Source of the DNA: Candidatus Micrarchaeota archaeon
GTDB lineage: Archaea; Micrarchaeota; Micrarchaeia; Norongarragalinales; Norongarragalinaceae
Direction: 5' to 3'
Length of the DNA stretch: 64,000 nucleotides
NCBI GenBank assembly: GCA_016188965.1
Contig: JACPGT010000013.1
Span: 116,609 to 180,608, forward strand
Shown: positions 8,964 through 18,700 of the stretch, piece after piece
How the letters are laid out: each line of letters opens with the position of its first letter
Numbering within the stretch: position 1 is the first letter of the stretch
Notes under the pieces: model-generated
What the model was told of the DNA's origin: nothing
Seen by the model: only the letters and a program-made list of their open reading frames with translations
Database searches by the model: none
Program-made: the position numbers and the translations under genes

Positions 8964-9791
8964 ATGCAACGGCTGAACGGTTTTGAGCGGGAACTTTTGG
9001 AAAAAGAGCAGCGTGCCCAGCCTCAACTGCGGGAATTCAAACAGACCGTGGCCGGCCACGTCCGGGATGAGATGCGGGGACAGCACACGTACGATTTTGA
9101 ATTGCGTGCCGGCGTTCACGGACAGGAAACGGCATTTGATGTAACACACGTTAACGAAGCCTCGGCCAACGCATATCGCGGACGCATCAACGCCGCGATC
9201 AAAAAATACGAACAGGCTCTTGCTGATGCTGGCTGGAACGTAACGACTGAGCACCGGAAGTACGAGTCCGAAGTTGCGGGGCCAGTGCACCACACCATCC
9301 TGCGCATGAGCGCATATGGAACCGCCAGGCCCAGCAACGCACCGGCTGAGTTCGGGCAGGACCTTCACGAAACGGCCCAGAAGTCCCAGAAACGATCCTC
9401 TCGGCCGAGCATTCCAGCGGTGTTGCGCGACTTGGAGTTGTTCCAGCAGCGCGTGCAGCGTGCAATCAAAGCCGCGAACAAAAGTCTCGGCGCATATGGG
9501 CCGCTTGGAACTGGTAAAAAATTCAATATAGGTATCTTGACTCAGAACAGCAGAGAGGCGGCCTTACTACACCGACGGATTTCGGACATCGCGGCTCACC
9601 ACCAGTCATCATTGAACGCCGCGGGGTGGAGAGTAAAACTTACGCCCTGGAAGTTTACGGGAAAAGCTGTTTGGTTGGACATTGAACATGCAAGAGCCAA
9701 GCCATGGCACTGGCTTCCGGCCGCCCAGCCGGAAGGCCTGCGCAAAGCGCTCAGCGAAATCAAGCAAACTGTAATTCCAGATTCCCGATAA
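8964..9791 (+). CDS. Hypothetical protein
   Basis: Clean 275-aa ORF preceded by TATA-like AATAATAATATACT and an SD-like CAGGAGGAG 8 nt before the ATG. Confidence 0.5.
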   Translation: MQRLNGFERELLEKEQRAQPQLREFKQTVAGHVRDEMRGQHTYDFELRAGVHGQETAFDVTHVNEASANAYRGRINAAIKKYEQALADAGWNVTTEHRKYESEVAGPVHHTILRMSAYGTARPSNAPAEFGQDLHETAQKSQKRSSRPSIPAVLRDLELFQQRVQRAIKAANKSLGAYGPLGTGKKFNIGILTQNSREAALLHRRISDIAAHHQSSLNAAGWRVKLTPWKFTGKAVWLDIEHARAKPWHWLPAAQPEGLRKALSEIKQTVIPDSR

Positions 9792-9893
9792 GCCGTGACA
9801 ACTGGAATGAATCGCGAGCGGACGCTTGGAGTTTAGAAAAAGCCGCTTTTCGAACGCAGCACTCCGAAAAGCGAATTGTCCAAAGGGGCGGTT

Positions 9894-10331
9894 TCAGGCG
9901 AATCGCAGCAGCGACACGGAGAGGGCTTCCTTGCCGCGCTGGGGCGGCAGGCTGGCCAAGGCGTGCGAGTAGATGGCGGGGAAGTTTTCGAAGGCCTGCG
10001 TCAGGCTCGGCAAGCGGGATTGCTTTTCAAGATATGCGCCGACTTTCTTGCGGATGCCGCGGTCGTCGCCCAACGCGATGAGCAAGGTGACGACCAGGGA
10101 GTGCAGGGCGGGCAGCTTGGCGTGTTTGGCGAAGTTGGCGTCGCGGATGGATTGGAAGAACGCCTTGAGGAACGCCTGGGCGTCGCGGTACATGGCGGCT
10201 GTGGCCTTGAAGGGCTTCTTGAGGTACTTGGTCTTGGATAAAAGTTCCATCTGGGCGATTAGGCGCGAGCGGACCAGCGGGTTTTCGGACCAGTGCTTGA
10301 TTTTCTTGGATAAATCGGAACTCAACGACAT
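9894..10331 (-). CDS. Hypothetical all-helical protein, last gene of the His-rich protein operon
   Basis: 145-aa ORF 25 nt downstream of the 927-aa gene, on the same strand. Confidence 0.5.
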   Translation of the reverse strand: MSLSSDLSKKIKHWSENPLVRSRLIAQMELLSKTKYLKKPFKATAAMYRDAQAFLKAFFQSIRDANFAKHAKLPALHSLVVTLLIALGDDRGIRKKVGAYLEKQSRLPSLTQAFENFPAIYSHALASLPPQRGKEALSVSLLRFA

Positions 10332-10356
10332 GTACGGGTTTCACCTCAATTCGACA

Positions 10357-13140
10357 TCAATGTAAGCGGACCGTGCGGCGCTCCATCACGCGGGCGGCAT
10401 GTTCGTACGGCATCGCGGAACCGTATTCATGGATGGGGGCACGTTCTCCGCCGGCGTGGCCGTACACGCCGCTTTCGGCCAAGGCGCGGCTGACGGCGCC
10501 GGGCAGGTGTTCGTAGGGGGCTCCGGACATCGACGGGTGGGCCATCATGCCGGCCAGGCCGTGCAGAGCTTGTTTGTTGGCGGAAAAGTAGGATTCGTAC
10601 GTGCCGTGTTCTTCGTGGCCCAGGGCGTAAGGCGCAGGAAAGTGGCCGCGTTCGACCAAGCGGTCCAACGCACGGCCGACGAGTTTGCGTGCCTTGCGGG
10701 AGCTGCGGATGGCCGGCTGTTCCAAGGACTGTGGCAATTCGGATTGGTATGGCGTGGCCGTTTCCGCTTGGGGGGCCGGCGCTCCGTAGGCGTGGGCGTC
10801 TTGGGGGCCCATGTGTTCGTAGCCTTCTTCGTGTTCGTACGGCTCGCCATGTCCGTAGGGTTCTTCGTGCCCGTAGGGGTGTTCCGCTTCCGGCTCGTGC
10901 GCGCCGTAAGGCGCTTGCTCTTCCGACGGCTTGCCTTGTTCTCGGGGCCCGTATTTTTTCATCCATTCGGCAGCGTAGTGGCCCATCCATTCATGCATGT
11001 GGTCTTGCATCTGGCCCCAGTGGAATTGGGGTGCGAAGTTGAATTGCGGCGCGAACATGTTGTACATCGGAGGCATGGCGGCGTGCGGATATCCTACTCC
11101 GGCAAAAGCGTGGGCGCTGGCGTACGCGTGGGCGTCGTGGAATCCGGGACCGAAGGCCACGGGGGCCGCGTGTCCGAACGCCATGGGGCCGAACATGCCC
11201 GCTCCGGCGGCTGCCACGGGCGCCATGGGCATGCCGTGGCCGGCGTATGCGGAAGCGTGAGCATACGCTCCCGGAAACATCATTGGGCCAAAGCCTGCGT
11301 GGGCGGAAGCGTGGGCGAAAGCGCCTGGGTACATGGCGGGTCCATATCCGGCGTAAGCCGATGCGTGGGCAAAGGCACCGGGAAACATGACCGGCGCGGC
11401 GTGGCCCAAGATCATCGGGTGCGGCACGCCGGGGGCGATGTGCGGGTTGTAGTGGAAAGGCGCGTAGTTGAATTGGCCCATGAAGATGGGTCCGAACTGG
11501 GGGTGGAATCCGGCAATGGGAGCGGGCCGCTCAAACGGGGTAGGCCGGGTCTTGGAACGCCGGGGCGTACGCCGAACCGGTTCTTCCGCGGGCTTCGGAA
11601 TCTCGTAGGACGGCTCGATGACGCCGGGTTCTTCATTCGCCGTGTACGGAGTTTCGTACGGAGTGTCCCCGGTTCCGTAAGGGTCTTCGTAGGGTTCGAC
11701 GATTCCTTCGTGTCCGGGCGGCAGTTGGATTCCGGGAAGCGTCTTGGGATCGGCGCCGGTCAGCAGACCTAAGATGGCGGCCCAACCCGGATGCACGGGG
11801 CTTCCGGCAGCGGCCAAGGCGGCTTGGTTTTTCAATTCACCCAACAAGGGGCCGGCATTGCCCCAGTCGACGTGGGCCGTGACGCTTTTGACAAAGGGGC
11901 TGTATTGCGCCAATGCATGGATTTTTTGGACAAGAAGGCCTTGGTGGGCGGCGATTTGGGCAGGGGAGAGGGAGTCCATGGAGCCGAATTGTGTGTGGGC
12001 GCCTTTAGTCAGAAAGCCGGCGGCCAATTGCGGGTCGATGTTGCCGCGGCTGAGGATGCCTTGCAGGTGGATTTTGTTGCCGACCATGGCCGCGCCGGTC
12101 TGCGTGTCCAGCCGGATGTTGAGGTTTTCGTGGATGGACTGGAATAATTCATTGTGCTGCTGTACGGCGTTGCGTAGCGCATCGATCTGGGCTTGCTGCG
12201 CGCCGTGGCCCAACTGCCCGTCGGCATATCCGGCCAGTCCCATGGCCAATGCGCCGCCGAGGATTTTGTTGAACGAACCGGCGGCGCCCATGTCGGCGTC
12301 TTTTTGCGCTTCCAAGATGTGGAACAGAAAGTCTTTTTCGTTCTGGGCCAGGCCGCTGGGTTCGATGATGTTCTTGGCGAACGCTTCCTCGCGGGCGCGG
12401 TTGCCTTTGAGGGATTGGTAGAAGCTCTTGCCGGAGGCGCTTCCGTTCTGTAGGAGGGTGCCGATGCCGTTGTCAACGGCGTGCGCTTCGGTATGCATGC
12501 GGTTGCGGCTCCAGTGATCGAGGAAAGCCAAGCCGAAGAGGCTGGACAATTCCGCTTTCTCGTGTTGTTCCAGTTTTTCGACTTGTCCGTTCGCGGGGTT
12601 GACCCAGCGGTCCTGGAGCGCATCCGTCAGGATGGCCCGGACGTTGTCGCGGTGCGTGTCATTGTTGACCAACGCGGTAATCTGGCCCAGGTTGATCGCA
12701 CCGCCGCCTAAACCCATGCCGGCGAACAAGGTGCGCACGGTGCTTTGGCCTTCTGAAGAGAGGTTGAGGTTGCCGTACTTGCGGGAAAGGGAGCCGCCGA
12801 GGGCGTGGTCCAGAAGTTCGGCGGAACGTTTGTGGCTGGAGATGGATGAAACGCCTTGGCCGAAGTTGATGAAGCCCTTGGCGCCCACCAAGGCGGCGGG
12901 AAGCGACCAGCCGCCGGAGAGGGCGCCTACCATGCCGAGCGCGCCGGCGTTGGCAAATGCGTTGCGGACGAAGTCGCCCATGTCGGCTTTGGGGCCGCGG
13001 GATTTGGATTTGGAAATCTTGAAGCCTTGGCGGATGTTGTCGTAGAAACGACGCCGGATGTATCCGGGTCCGCCCGGCATGTCGGCGTCATGCCCGCCGA
13101 ACCAAGAGTCCCATATGGCCATAACCAAAGTTACCATCAA
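10357..13140 (-). CDS. His/Ala/Tyr/Pro-rich largely low-complexity protein (927 aa) with tandem 18-aa repeats; unknown function
   Basis: Ordinary N-terminal ~550 aa, then ...FPGAFAHASAYAGYGPAMYPGAFAHASAHAGFGPMMFPGAYAHASAYAGHG... and PYGHEEPYGHGEPYEHEEGYEH. No signal peptide. TTG/ATG start. Confidence 0.6.
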   Translation of the reverse strand: MMVTLVMAIWDSWFGGHDADMPGGPGYIRRRFYDNIRQGFKISKSKSRGPKADMGDFVRNAFANAGALGMVGALSGGWSLPAALVGAKGFINFGQGVSSISSHKRSAELLDHALGGSLSRKYGNLNLSSEGQSTVRTLFAGMGLGGGAINLGQITALVNNDTHRDNVRAILTDALQDRWVNPANGQVEKLEQHEKAELSSLFGLAFLDHWSRNRMHTEAHAVDNGIGTLLQNGSASGKSFYQSLKGNRAREEAFAKNIIEPSGLAQNEKDFLFHILEAQKDADMGAAGSFNKILGGALAMGLAGYADGQLGHGAQQAQIDALRNAVQQHNELFQSIHENLNIRLDTQTGAAMVGNKIHLQGILSRGNIDPQLAAGFLTKGAHTQFGSMDSLSPAQIAAHQGLLVQKIHALAQYSPFVKSVTAHVDWGNAGPLLGELKNQAALAAAGSPVHPGWAAILGLLTGADPKTLPGIQLPPGHEGIVEPYEDPYGTGDTPYETPYTANEEPGVIEPSYEIPKPAEEPVRRTPRRSKTRPTPFERPAPIAGFHPQFGPIFMGQFNYAPFHYNPHIAPGVPHPMILGHAAPVMFPGAFAHASAYAGYGPAMYPGAFAHASAHAGFGPMMFPGAYAHASAYAGHGMPMAPVAAAGAGMFGPMAFGHAAPVAFGPGFHDAHAYASAHAFAGVGYPHAAMPPMYNMFAPQFNFAPQFHWGQMQDHMHEWMGHYAAEWMKKYGPREQGKPSEEQAPYGAHEPEAEHPYGHEEPYGHGEPYEHEEGYEHMGPQDAHAYGAPAPQAETATPYQSELPQSLEQPAIRSSRKARKLVGRALDRLVERGHFPAPYALGHEEHGTYESYFSANKQALHGLAGMMAHPSMSGAPYEHLPGAVSRALAESGVYGHAGGERAPIHEYGSAMPYEHAARVMERRTVRLH
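11240..11401. repeat. Three tandem imperfect 54-nt repeats inside the 927-aa gene, encoding the AFAHASAYAG(Y/F/H)GP(A/M)M(Y/F)PG units
   Basis: ccggcgtatgcggaagcgtgagcatacgctcccggaaacat / cctgcgtgggcggaagcgtgggcgaaagcgcctgggtacat / ccggcgtaagccgatgcgtgggcaaaggcaccgggaaacat. Confidence 0.8.
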
Positions 13141-13203
13141 GGAGGTTTAAAAATGCTCGCGTTTATGCGGGGGCATTCGCGTGGAAAAATCAAGCGGTTG
13201 CGC

Positions 13204-14937
13204 TCAACGGTACATGCGACGCGCCAGGCTGATGAGCCGGGTGTGGACTTCGTGGTGGCTGGCGCCGGGGATGGCGGCGCTGGTGGGGCGGATGGAGTGG
13301 ATGGCGTTGCGATACTCGTTGCCGAAGCCGTCGCCGCCTTCCATGATGTGGTCGCGTACGGCATTGATGCGGCCGCCGTGTACGGCGTCGTAGGCGTTTT
13401 TCAGTCCGCCCTCTTGGAACCGGACGTGCTTCTCGAGGGCGAGTTGGTTGAATTCGGATGCGACGTAGTTGGCGCGCCGCGGGTCGGTTCCGGCGTGGTG
13501 CAGGACGCCGCGCAACAGGGCCGCATGCAGGTGTTCGGCGACGTCGGCGGGCATGGCCGGATGCGCCAACGTGCGCACCACGTCCAGCAGGTTGGCCTTG
13601 CGCCGGGACAGCGCTTCTTCGAACGTTCCGCTTAATTGCTTGTCGGAAAAACCGAAGGGGTTCAAACCGGGCAGTCGGCCTTCTTGTTTGAGCGCGTCCA
13701 ATTCGCGGCCCAATGTGGCGCGGGCCTCTTTTGACGTGAAGATGTCCTTGTGCAGGAGCACCTGCATCAGTTCGGTCGCGTGTGGAGTCCGGGGTTCGGC
13801 TACCGGCGGTGTGCGGAACGGGTCGGAAGGACGGAATGCGTCCTCATGCGTGGAACCGTATGGATGCTCGGAGGGAGCCTGGCCGGGCATGAATCCATGC
13901 AGGCCCATCTGTTGCCAGTGTTCCGGCGGCACGTGCGCCAAGTGGGGGGCAAACCACGCGTATTGCGGAGCCCAGCCCGGATGAGCGGCGCCGAGAAGCG
14001 GACCGGCGTGGCCGCCTGGAAAAACGGGTGCGCCGTGGCCCGCCGGCATCACGGGGGCGTAGGGAAACGAGTGGTACGGGCCGTGGCCGAACATGGCCGG
14101 CTCGAAGGTGGGTCCGACGTGCGGCGCTTGAGGCGAAAAATGCGAGGGATGCATGCCGGGAAACAGGTACGGTCCGGCTTCGGGGCCCAGCCACGACGGG
14201 TGGGGCACGCCGTACGGCATGGACGGGTCGAAATGCGGAGGGAAACCGTAGGGCCCATAGGGCATGGCGCCGTATGGCGATCCGCCGGGAAAACCGGGCG
14301 GTCGTCCCGTTTGCGGACCCGTCCGCTCGCCGGGTCGTTGCGAACCAGGAGTGTTCGCACCGCGTTGCGTTCCGGGCGGCCTATCCGGTTGGCGCGAAGC
14401 GTCATGCGCCTCGGAGGCGGCGTGGTTGATGAGGTTGAGGAATTGGTGGAAGGGGTTGTTGGGGTTGTACCCGTTGAGTTCGCCGTAGGCCGCTTGGCTT
14501 TGAAGATGGGTGAAGAAGGAATCCAGGTTTCCGTGCCAGTCCAGAGGCTGGCCGCGTTTGTCGCTAAGTACGCCGGCTAAGCGGGCTTTGAGGGTGGCGT
14601 GTTGGGGGTCGTTGACGAGTTGTTCGACGGCGCGGGCAAGCAGGGCGTGGTTGTCGCCGAATTTTCCGACCATGGGAAAATCGGGGTCGTAGTCTTTGTG
14701 GCCGGGAAGGAGTTTCGAGGCGGGAACGTCGTTGACCGTTGCGAAGGATTTGCCGGACGGAAGCTTGTCTAGCCGGATGCGGTGCCGGACTTGGAAGAAT
14801 GAAGCGGGCAACAGTTCAGAGTGCAGGACGGCGGGTGCTTCCTGCATTTTTGGCAAAGGGCGAGCGTGGGTCGGTCCGCCTTCGTCGAGTTCTTCCTCGC
14901 CTTCCTCCGCATGAGCATGGTCTGACATGGGTGACAT
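13204..14937 (-). CDS. His/Pro/Gly/Tyr/Phe-rich low-complexity protein (577 aa), probable paralog of the 927-aa protein
   Basis: ...PYGPYGFPPHFDPSMPYGVPHPSWLGPEAGPYLFPGMHPSHFSPQAPHVGP...PPEHWQQMGLHGF. It shares GVPHP and HW.QM motifs and a similar C-terminal tail with the 927-aa protein. Confidence 0.6.
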   Translation of the reverse strand: MSPMSDHAHAEEGEEELDEGGPTHARPLPKMQEAPAVLHSELLPASFFQVRHRIRLDKLPSGKSFATVNDVPASKLLPGHKDYDPDFPMVGKFGDNHALLARAVEQLVNDPQHATLKARLAGVLSDKRGQPLDWHGNLDSFFTHLQSQAAYGELNGYNPNNPFHQFLNLINHAASEAHDASRQPDRPPGTQRGANTPGSQRPGERTGPQTGRPPGFPGGSPYGAMPYGPYGFPPHFDPSMPYGVPHPSWLGPEAGPYLFPGMHPSHFSPQAPHVGPTFEPAMFGHGPYHSFPYAPVMPAGHGAPVFPGGHAGPLLGAAHPGWAPQYAWFAPHLAHVPPEHWQQMGLHGFMPGQAPSEHPYGSTHEDAFRPSDPFRTPPVAEPRTPHATELMQVLLHKDIFTSKEARATLGRELDALKQEGRLPGLNPFGFSDKQLSGTFEEALSRRKANLLDVVRTLAHPAMPADVAEHLHAALLRGVLHHAGTDPRRANYVASEFNQLALEKHVRFQEGGLKNAYDAVHGGRINAVRDHIMEGGDGFGNEYRNAIHSIRPTSAAIPGASHHEVHTRLISLARRMYR

Positions 14938-14950
14938 TGGGTTTGGGCGG

Positions 14951-14960
14951 AAATAAAAAA
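14951..14960 (-). promoter_or_regulatory. TATA-like box (reverse strand TTTTTTATTT) upstream of the His-rich operon
   Basis: About 28 nt upstream of the second in-frame ATG (14928), consistent with a leaderless transcript. Confidence 0.45.
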
Positions 14961-15138
14961 GAGGCGGCTTTGGGCGTTTCTTGATTTCCGGGAGGAAACG
15001 GCTGCGACCGGCATCTCGGCGGGAAGTGTTGCCGGAAAGGGAGAGCGGAGAATAAAAAGAAGGCAGTGCGGTTCCGGCGGAAAATGAAAAAAAAAAAGAG
15101 AAAAAAGTTTGGAAGAAAAGGATGTGCGTCTTTTTGAA

Positions 15139-15723
15139 TCAGGAAGTCGGCGTGGATGGGCCGCATTTCGCCGAGTAGAGGCTGTAGTCGGCGAGGGAAA
15201 TGTCGTCCTTGAGGGATTCGGGGATGGAGGCGACGAAGTACAGCGAGTAATCGCCGCAGGGCACGAGGCCTTGCACCATGTGGAGGGTTTCGCCGAATTC
15301 GTCAGGCGCGATGCGGTACTGCAAGCGGAGGATGCGGCGTCCGTCGACGGTCTGGACGGTTTCGGAATCAGGCGGGACGGCCAATTCGTCAAACGCGATG
15401 TCCTTGAGTTCTTCCAGCGTATACGTGCCGTTCACGACTTGGAAGACGAACGTCTCGGATAGGCCGGAGGGGCCGGGGGCGAAAAAAAGGGCGGTTTTGC
15501 CGTCTTCGACTTCCAACGGGTAGCCGACGGGGTAGCGGATGGAGTAGCCGCGCACGGCGTCGGTGAAAGCCAAGCTGTGCGACTCGTACTCGTCTGAATA
15601 AGAGACGGTCGTGGAAGCCGGTGAAAGCAACTCGGATGACCACGGGCCCAAGTCGGTGAAGAAGTAAGCGAACAAAACGGCGGCGGCGAACACCAGGGGT
15701 AGTGCGAGCGAGCGCAGGTTCAT
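15139..15723 (-). CDS. Small secreted or membrane-anchored protein, co-transcribed with the 3349-aa gene (4-nt overlap)
   Basis: Signal/anchor MNLRSLALPLVFAAAVLFAYFF. Confidence 0.55.
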   Translation of the reverse strand: MNLRSLALPLVFAAAVLFAYFFTDLGPWSSELLSPASTTVSYSDEYESHSLAFTDAVRGYSIRYPVGYPLEVEDGKTALFFAPGPSGLSETFVFQVVNGTYTLEELKDIAFDELAVPPDSETVQTVDGRRILRLQYRIAPDEFGETLHMVQGLVPCGDYSLYFVASIPESLKDDISLADYSLYSAKCGPSTPTS

Positions 15724-18700
15724 GGTTTGGATCCTCCGGTCTGGCCTTTGGACAGCAGGCGGGTCAAGGCCTGGTCCGCGGCGGACAGTTTGGCGGCGCC
15801 TTCGGCGTCTTTTCCTGCCCGGAATGCGGCAATGGCCTGGTTGGCAAGGGCGATGATGGAGCGGCGGTCGGCATCGGACAGGGAATTCTTGAAACCGTCG
15901 GTGTTGACCTGGTCGATGAGGGCCTGCGCCGCTTGGATCTGCACTTGGCGGGCGGTGACTTTCGGATTCTCGGCCGCGGGCTGGTATTCCTTGAACCCGA
16001 CGGCGGGCAACGGCGCATAGTCGATGGACGAGCCGGGCGGAAGTTTCAACAGCTGGAGGTCAGCGGGCAGCAGGGGGGCTTCCTCCGGCAGGAAGATGGA
16101 GCCGATGAAGCGAGGGTCGACCAGCGCGTCGTCGTTGAATCCGACGACGAGGCCGTACGCTTGGGATTGGCCGTCGGGCCACTGCAACAAGCGGAAGCAG
16201 GTGCCCGAATTGCCGCAGAGCTTCGAGACGCTGATGACGTTGCCGGACTCGCATAAGCCGGACGCGCCCTTGATGCAGATGCTTTCGGCCGACGGCTTTC
16301 CTTTTTCGGTGTGGACGGCGATGACGTGACTGCCGCTGGAGTCGGCCGACACTTGGATCTGCACGGGCCGAAAATCGGTGTTGAACAGGAAGGCCGAAAG
16401 AAATGCCGCGAATGCGCTGGCGCCGCGGGCGAGGCGGGCGCGTCCGTCGGCGTTCAGTAGCTTGCGGGCCGCGGCTTGCTGGTCGGCCAGCGTTGCTTCC
16501 GCATCCGCCAACAACGACGGCGTCAACTTGGCGGGTTTTCCGTCGCGGTCGTACAGCTGCAAGTCGGCCAGCGCTTTGGCTTTCTGGGCAGGAGTCTTGG
16601 CGCCTTTAAGGAATCCGGTGGAGTCAAGACGGTTGGCACCGACCTCGGTAACCGACGCCACGCCTCCGAATGACGCGCCGATTTCGACGCCTTGGCGTCG
16701 GAACGCGTCGGAAAGATCGGTGAAGCTCAGCGCACCGTCTTCGAATCGTTTGACAATCGCCGCGCCGGTTTCGCCTGCGGCATTCGGGAATTTTCCGGTT
16801 TTGACGATGTCGTTGATGGCCGGCGCCAAACCAGTGCCCACGTCGGCAGATTGGATGAGTTGCAGGTAGCGGCTTTCCTTCTTCAATTGATCCAATAGGA
16901 CCTTGTTCTGCGCCGCGGTGCGTTTGCCTAAAGCGGTAACCACGTCAGCATCCGGAGCCGTATCCGGCAGGCTCAATTTTGTGCGCAAGAGTACGCCTGC
17001 TTCTTTTTCCAACGGCTCGAGGGCTTCGCCCATGAGGTTGGTCCGCATCGCGTTGCTGGAATGGATTAGAAACTTGGCGCCGCTGCCTTTTTCACTCGTG
17101 ACAATCAGGAATTTGGATTTCTCACCCGTAAGCTGTTCCAGCAGATACTCCTGGTTGGCCGCGGTCTGGAAGTAGTTCAGTCGGTCCAATTCAGCCATGC
17201 ATCCGGCGGGATTGCCACTGCAGCGGGTGAGCACACCCGCTGGAATCTTGTTCGTGGACCCTTTCAGTACTTCAAAAGTCTGGGGGCCGAATTCCGGCGA
17301 CTGCATCAGGGCCGAAAAAGTGGAGCGAAGGCGCGCCGTCAACGCATCGCCTTGCAAGCTGGCGGGGCCGGCGAGGCCCAGGTTTTCGACGAAGAACTGG
17401 CGGGCGGCAACGGGGTTTTCCTTGATTAGGTTGGTGGAAACCATGGCGTAACCTTGCTTGACTTTCGCCGGGTCCTTGCTGCCGATGAGGGCCGCGGCTG
17501 CCTTCTTGTCATCCGGCGACAGAAGCGCCATGCCGTGGAACAACGCATTGCTGAACGCATTTTCAGGTTTTCCGTTTCCGGCGTCATAGAACGCGCGGAC
17601 GGCTTGTTCCGTGGTGCGGCGGCCTTGCGCGCCGAAGAAGCCTTGGGCGGCAAAGGAGCTGGTCGCGGCTTGTATGTTCTTGCGATACGACTCGCCGGGC
17701 ATGAGGTTGATCATGTAGGAGCGGGCCGCGACTCCGCCGCTGTAGACTTTGTTGGGGGATAAGCCTTGACGCAGGACTAAAGTGATGGGAACAACTGGCG
17801 GCGTGGCGGTGACGTCGGGGCCGGCCAGATTCTCCAGGTACGCGACCGTCGCGCCGCCGACGATGCTCTGCAGGGCGAACGAGCCGACGGCGGAGCGCAT
17901 GGCGGTTCCTGTCAGGGTCGAACCGAGGGTCGTCGTGGACGTGGCGCGGAGCAACTGGGCTTCGGCGGCCAGGGGCTTCCAACCGCCGAAGAACGGATTG
18001 GCCATTTCGACCATGCCGGCTAATACCGACGAAGTGCAGGCTTCCAGGGCGCGGCAGGACAAGACGCTTCGGCCTTGGAAATATTCGGCCACGGCGCCGG
18101 CGCCGCAGCCGGATGCGGCGGTGATGAGGCGGTAGTTGGTGATGAAGGAGCGGACTCCGACGAGAAAGGAGGATCCGCCGGTGGCCGTGACGGAGGCGGG
18201 GTTGGCCGCTGCGATGGCTTGGAGGAGCGCCAGGCCCGTGACGGTGAGGCCCAACTTCGTCAGGACGGGTCCTCCGGTGCGCCAGCAGAAGTTCGCGTTC
18301 TCGTACGGAATGGCAGGACAGGGCTTGTCTTCGAATCCGGGTTTGTTGCAGTACTTGATTTTCGCGTCTTTGGCGTTGGCGCCGAACGCGGAGGCGTACG
18401 TCATCTTGACGGCGAGGGCGTCCTTGTCGTTGGCGTCCGAGCCGTACGTACCTAGCACGCCTTGGCGGAGGCGGCCCACGCTTTCCAGCATGGCGGCGAC
18501 TTTGCCTTTGTCGCCGGAGTTGACGGCGGATTGCGCCAAGCCGCCGACGGCGTTGAGCGTGTTCCAGGAAAAGACTTGCTTGACGGCGCCGATGACGCTG
18601 CCGGTGCCCAACTGGTTGCCGGCGTACGACACGGGCGTGTCGGCCGTCAGAAGCGCCGCGTTGGCCAAGTTGACGGGGCATTCCTGGAGTTTTTCGACGT

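Noticed and set aside
8421-9368. 315-aa minus-strand ORF overlapping the GT2-like gene and the 8964 ORF
   Set aside because: Composition looks like junk. It overlaps two better-supported genes and the SD/TATA-supported start at 8964.
10399-13635. Plus-strand ORFs (457 aa, 259 aa) overlapping the His-rich genes
   Set aside because: Same reasoning. They are R/G/V-rich antisense frames, whereas the minus-strand products have normal N-terminal regions and an in-frame codon repeat structure.
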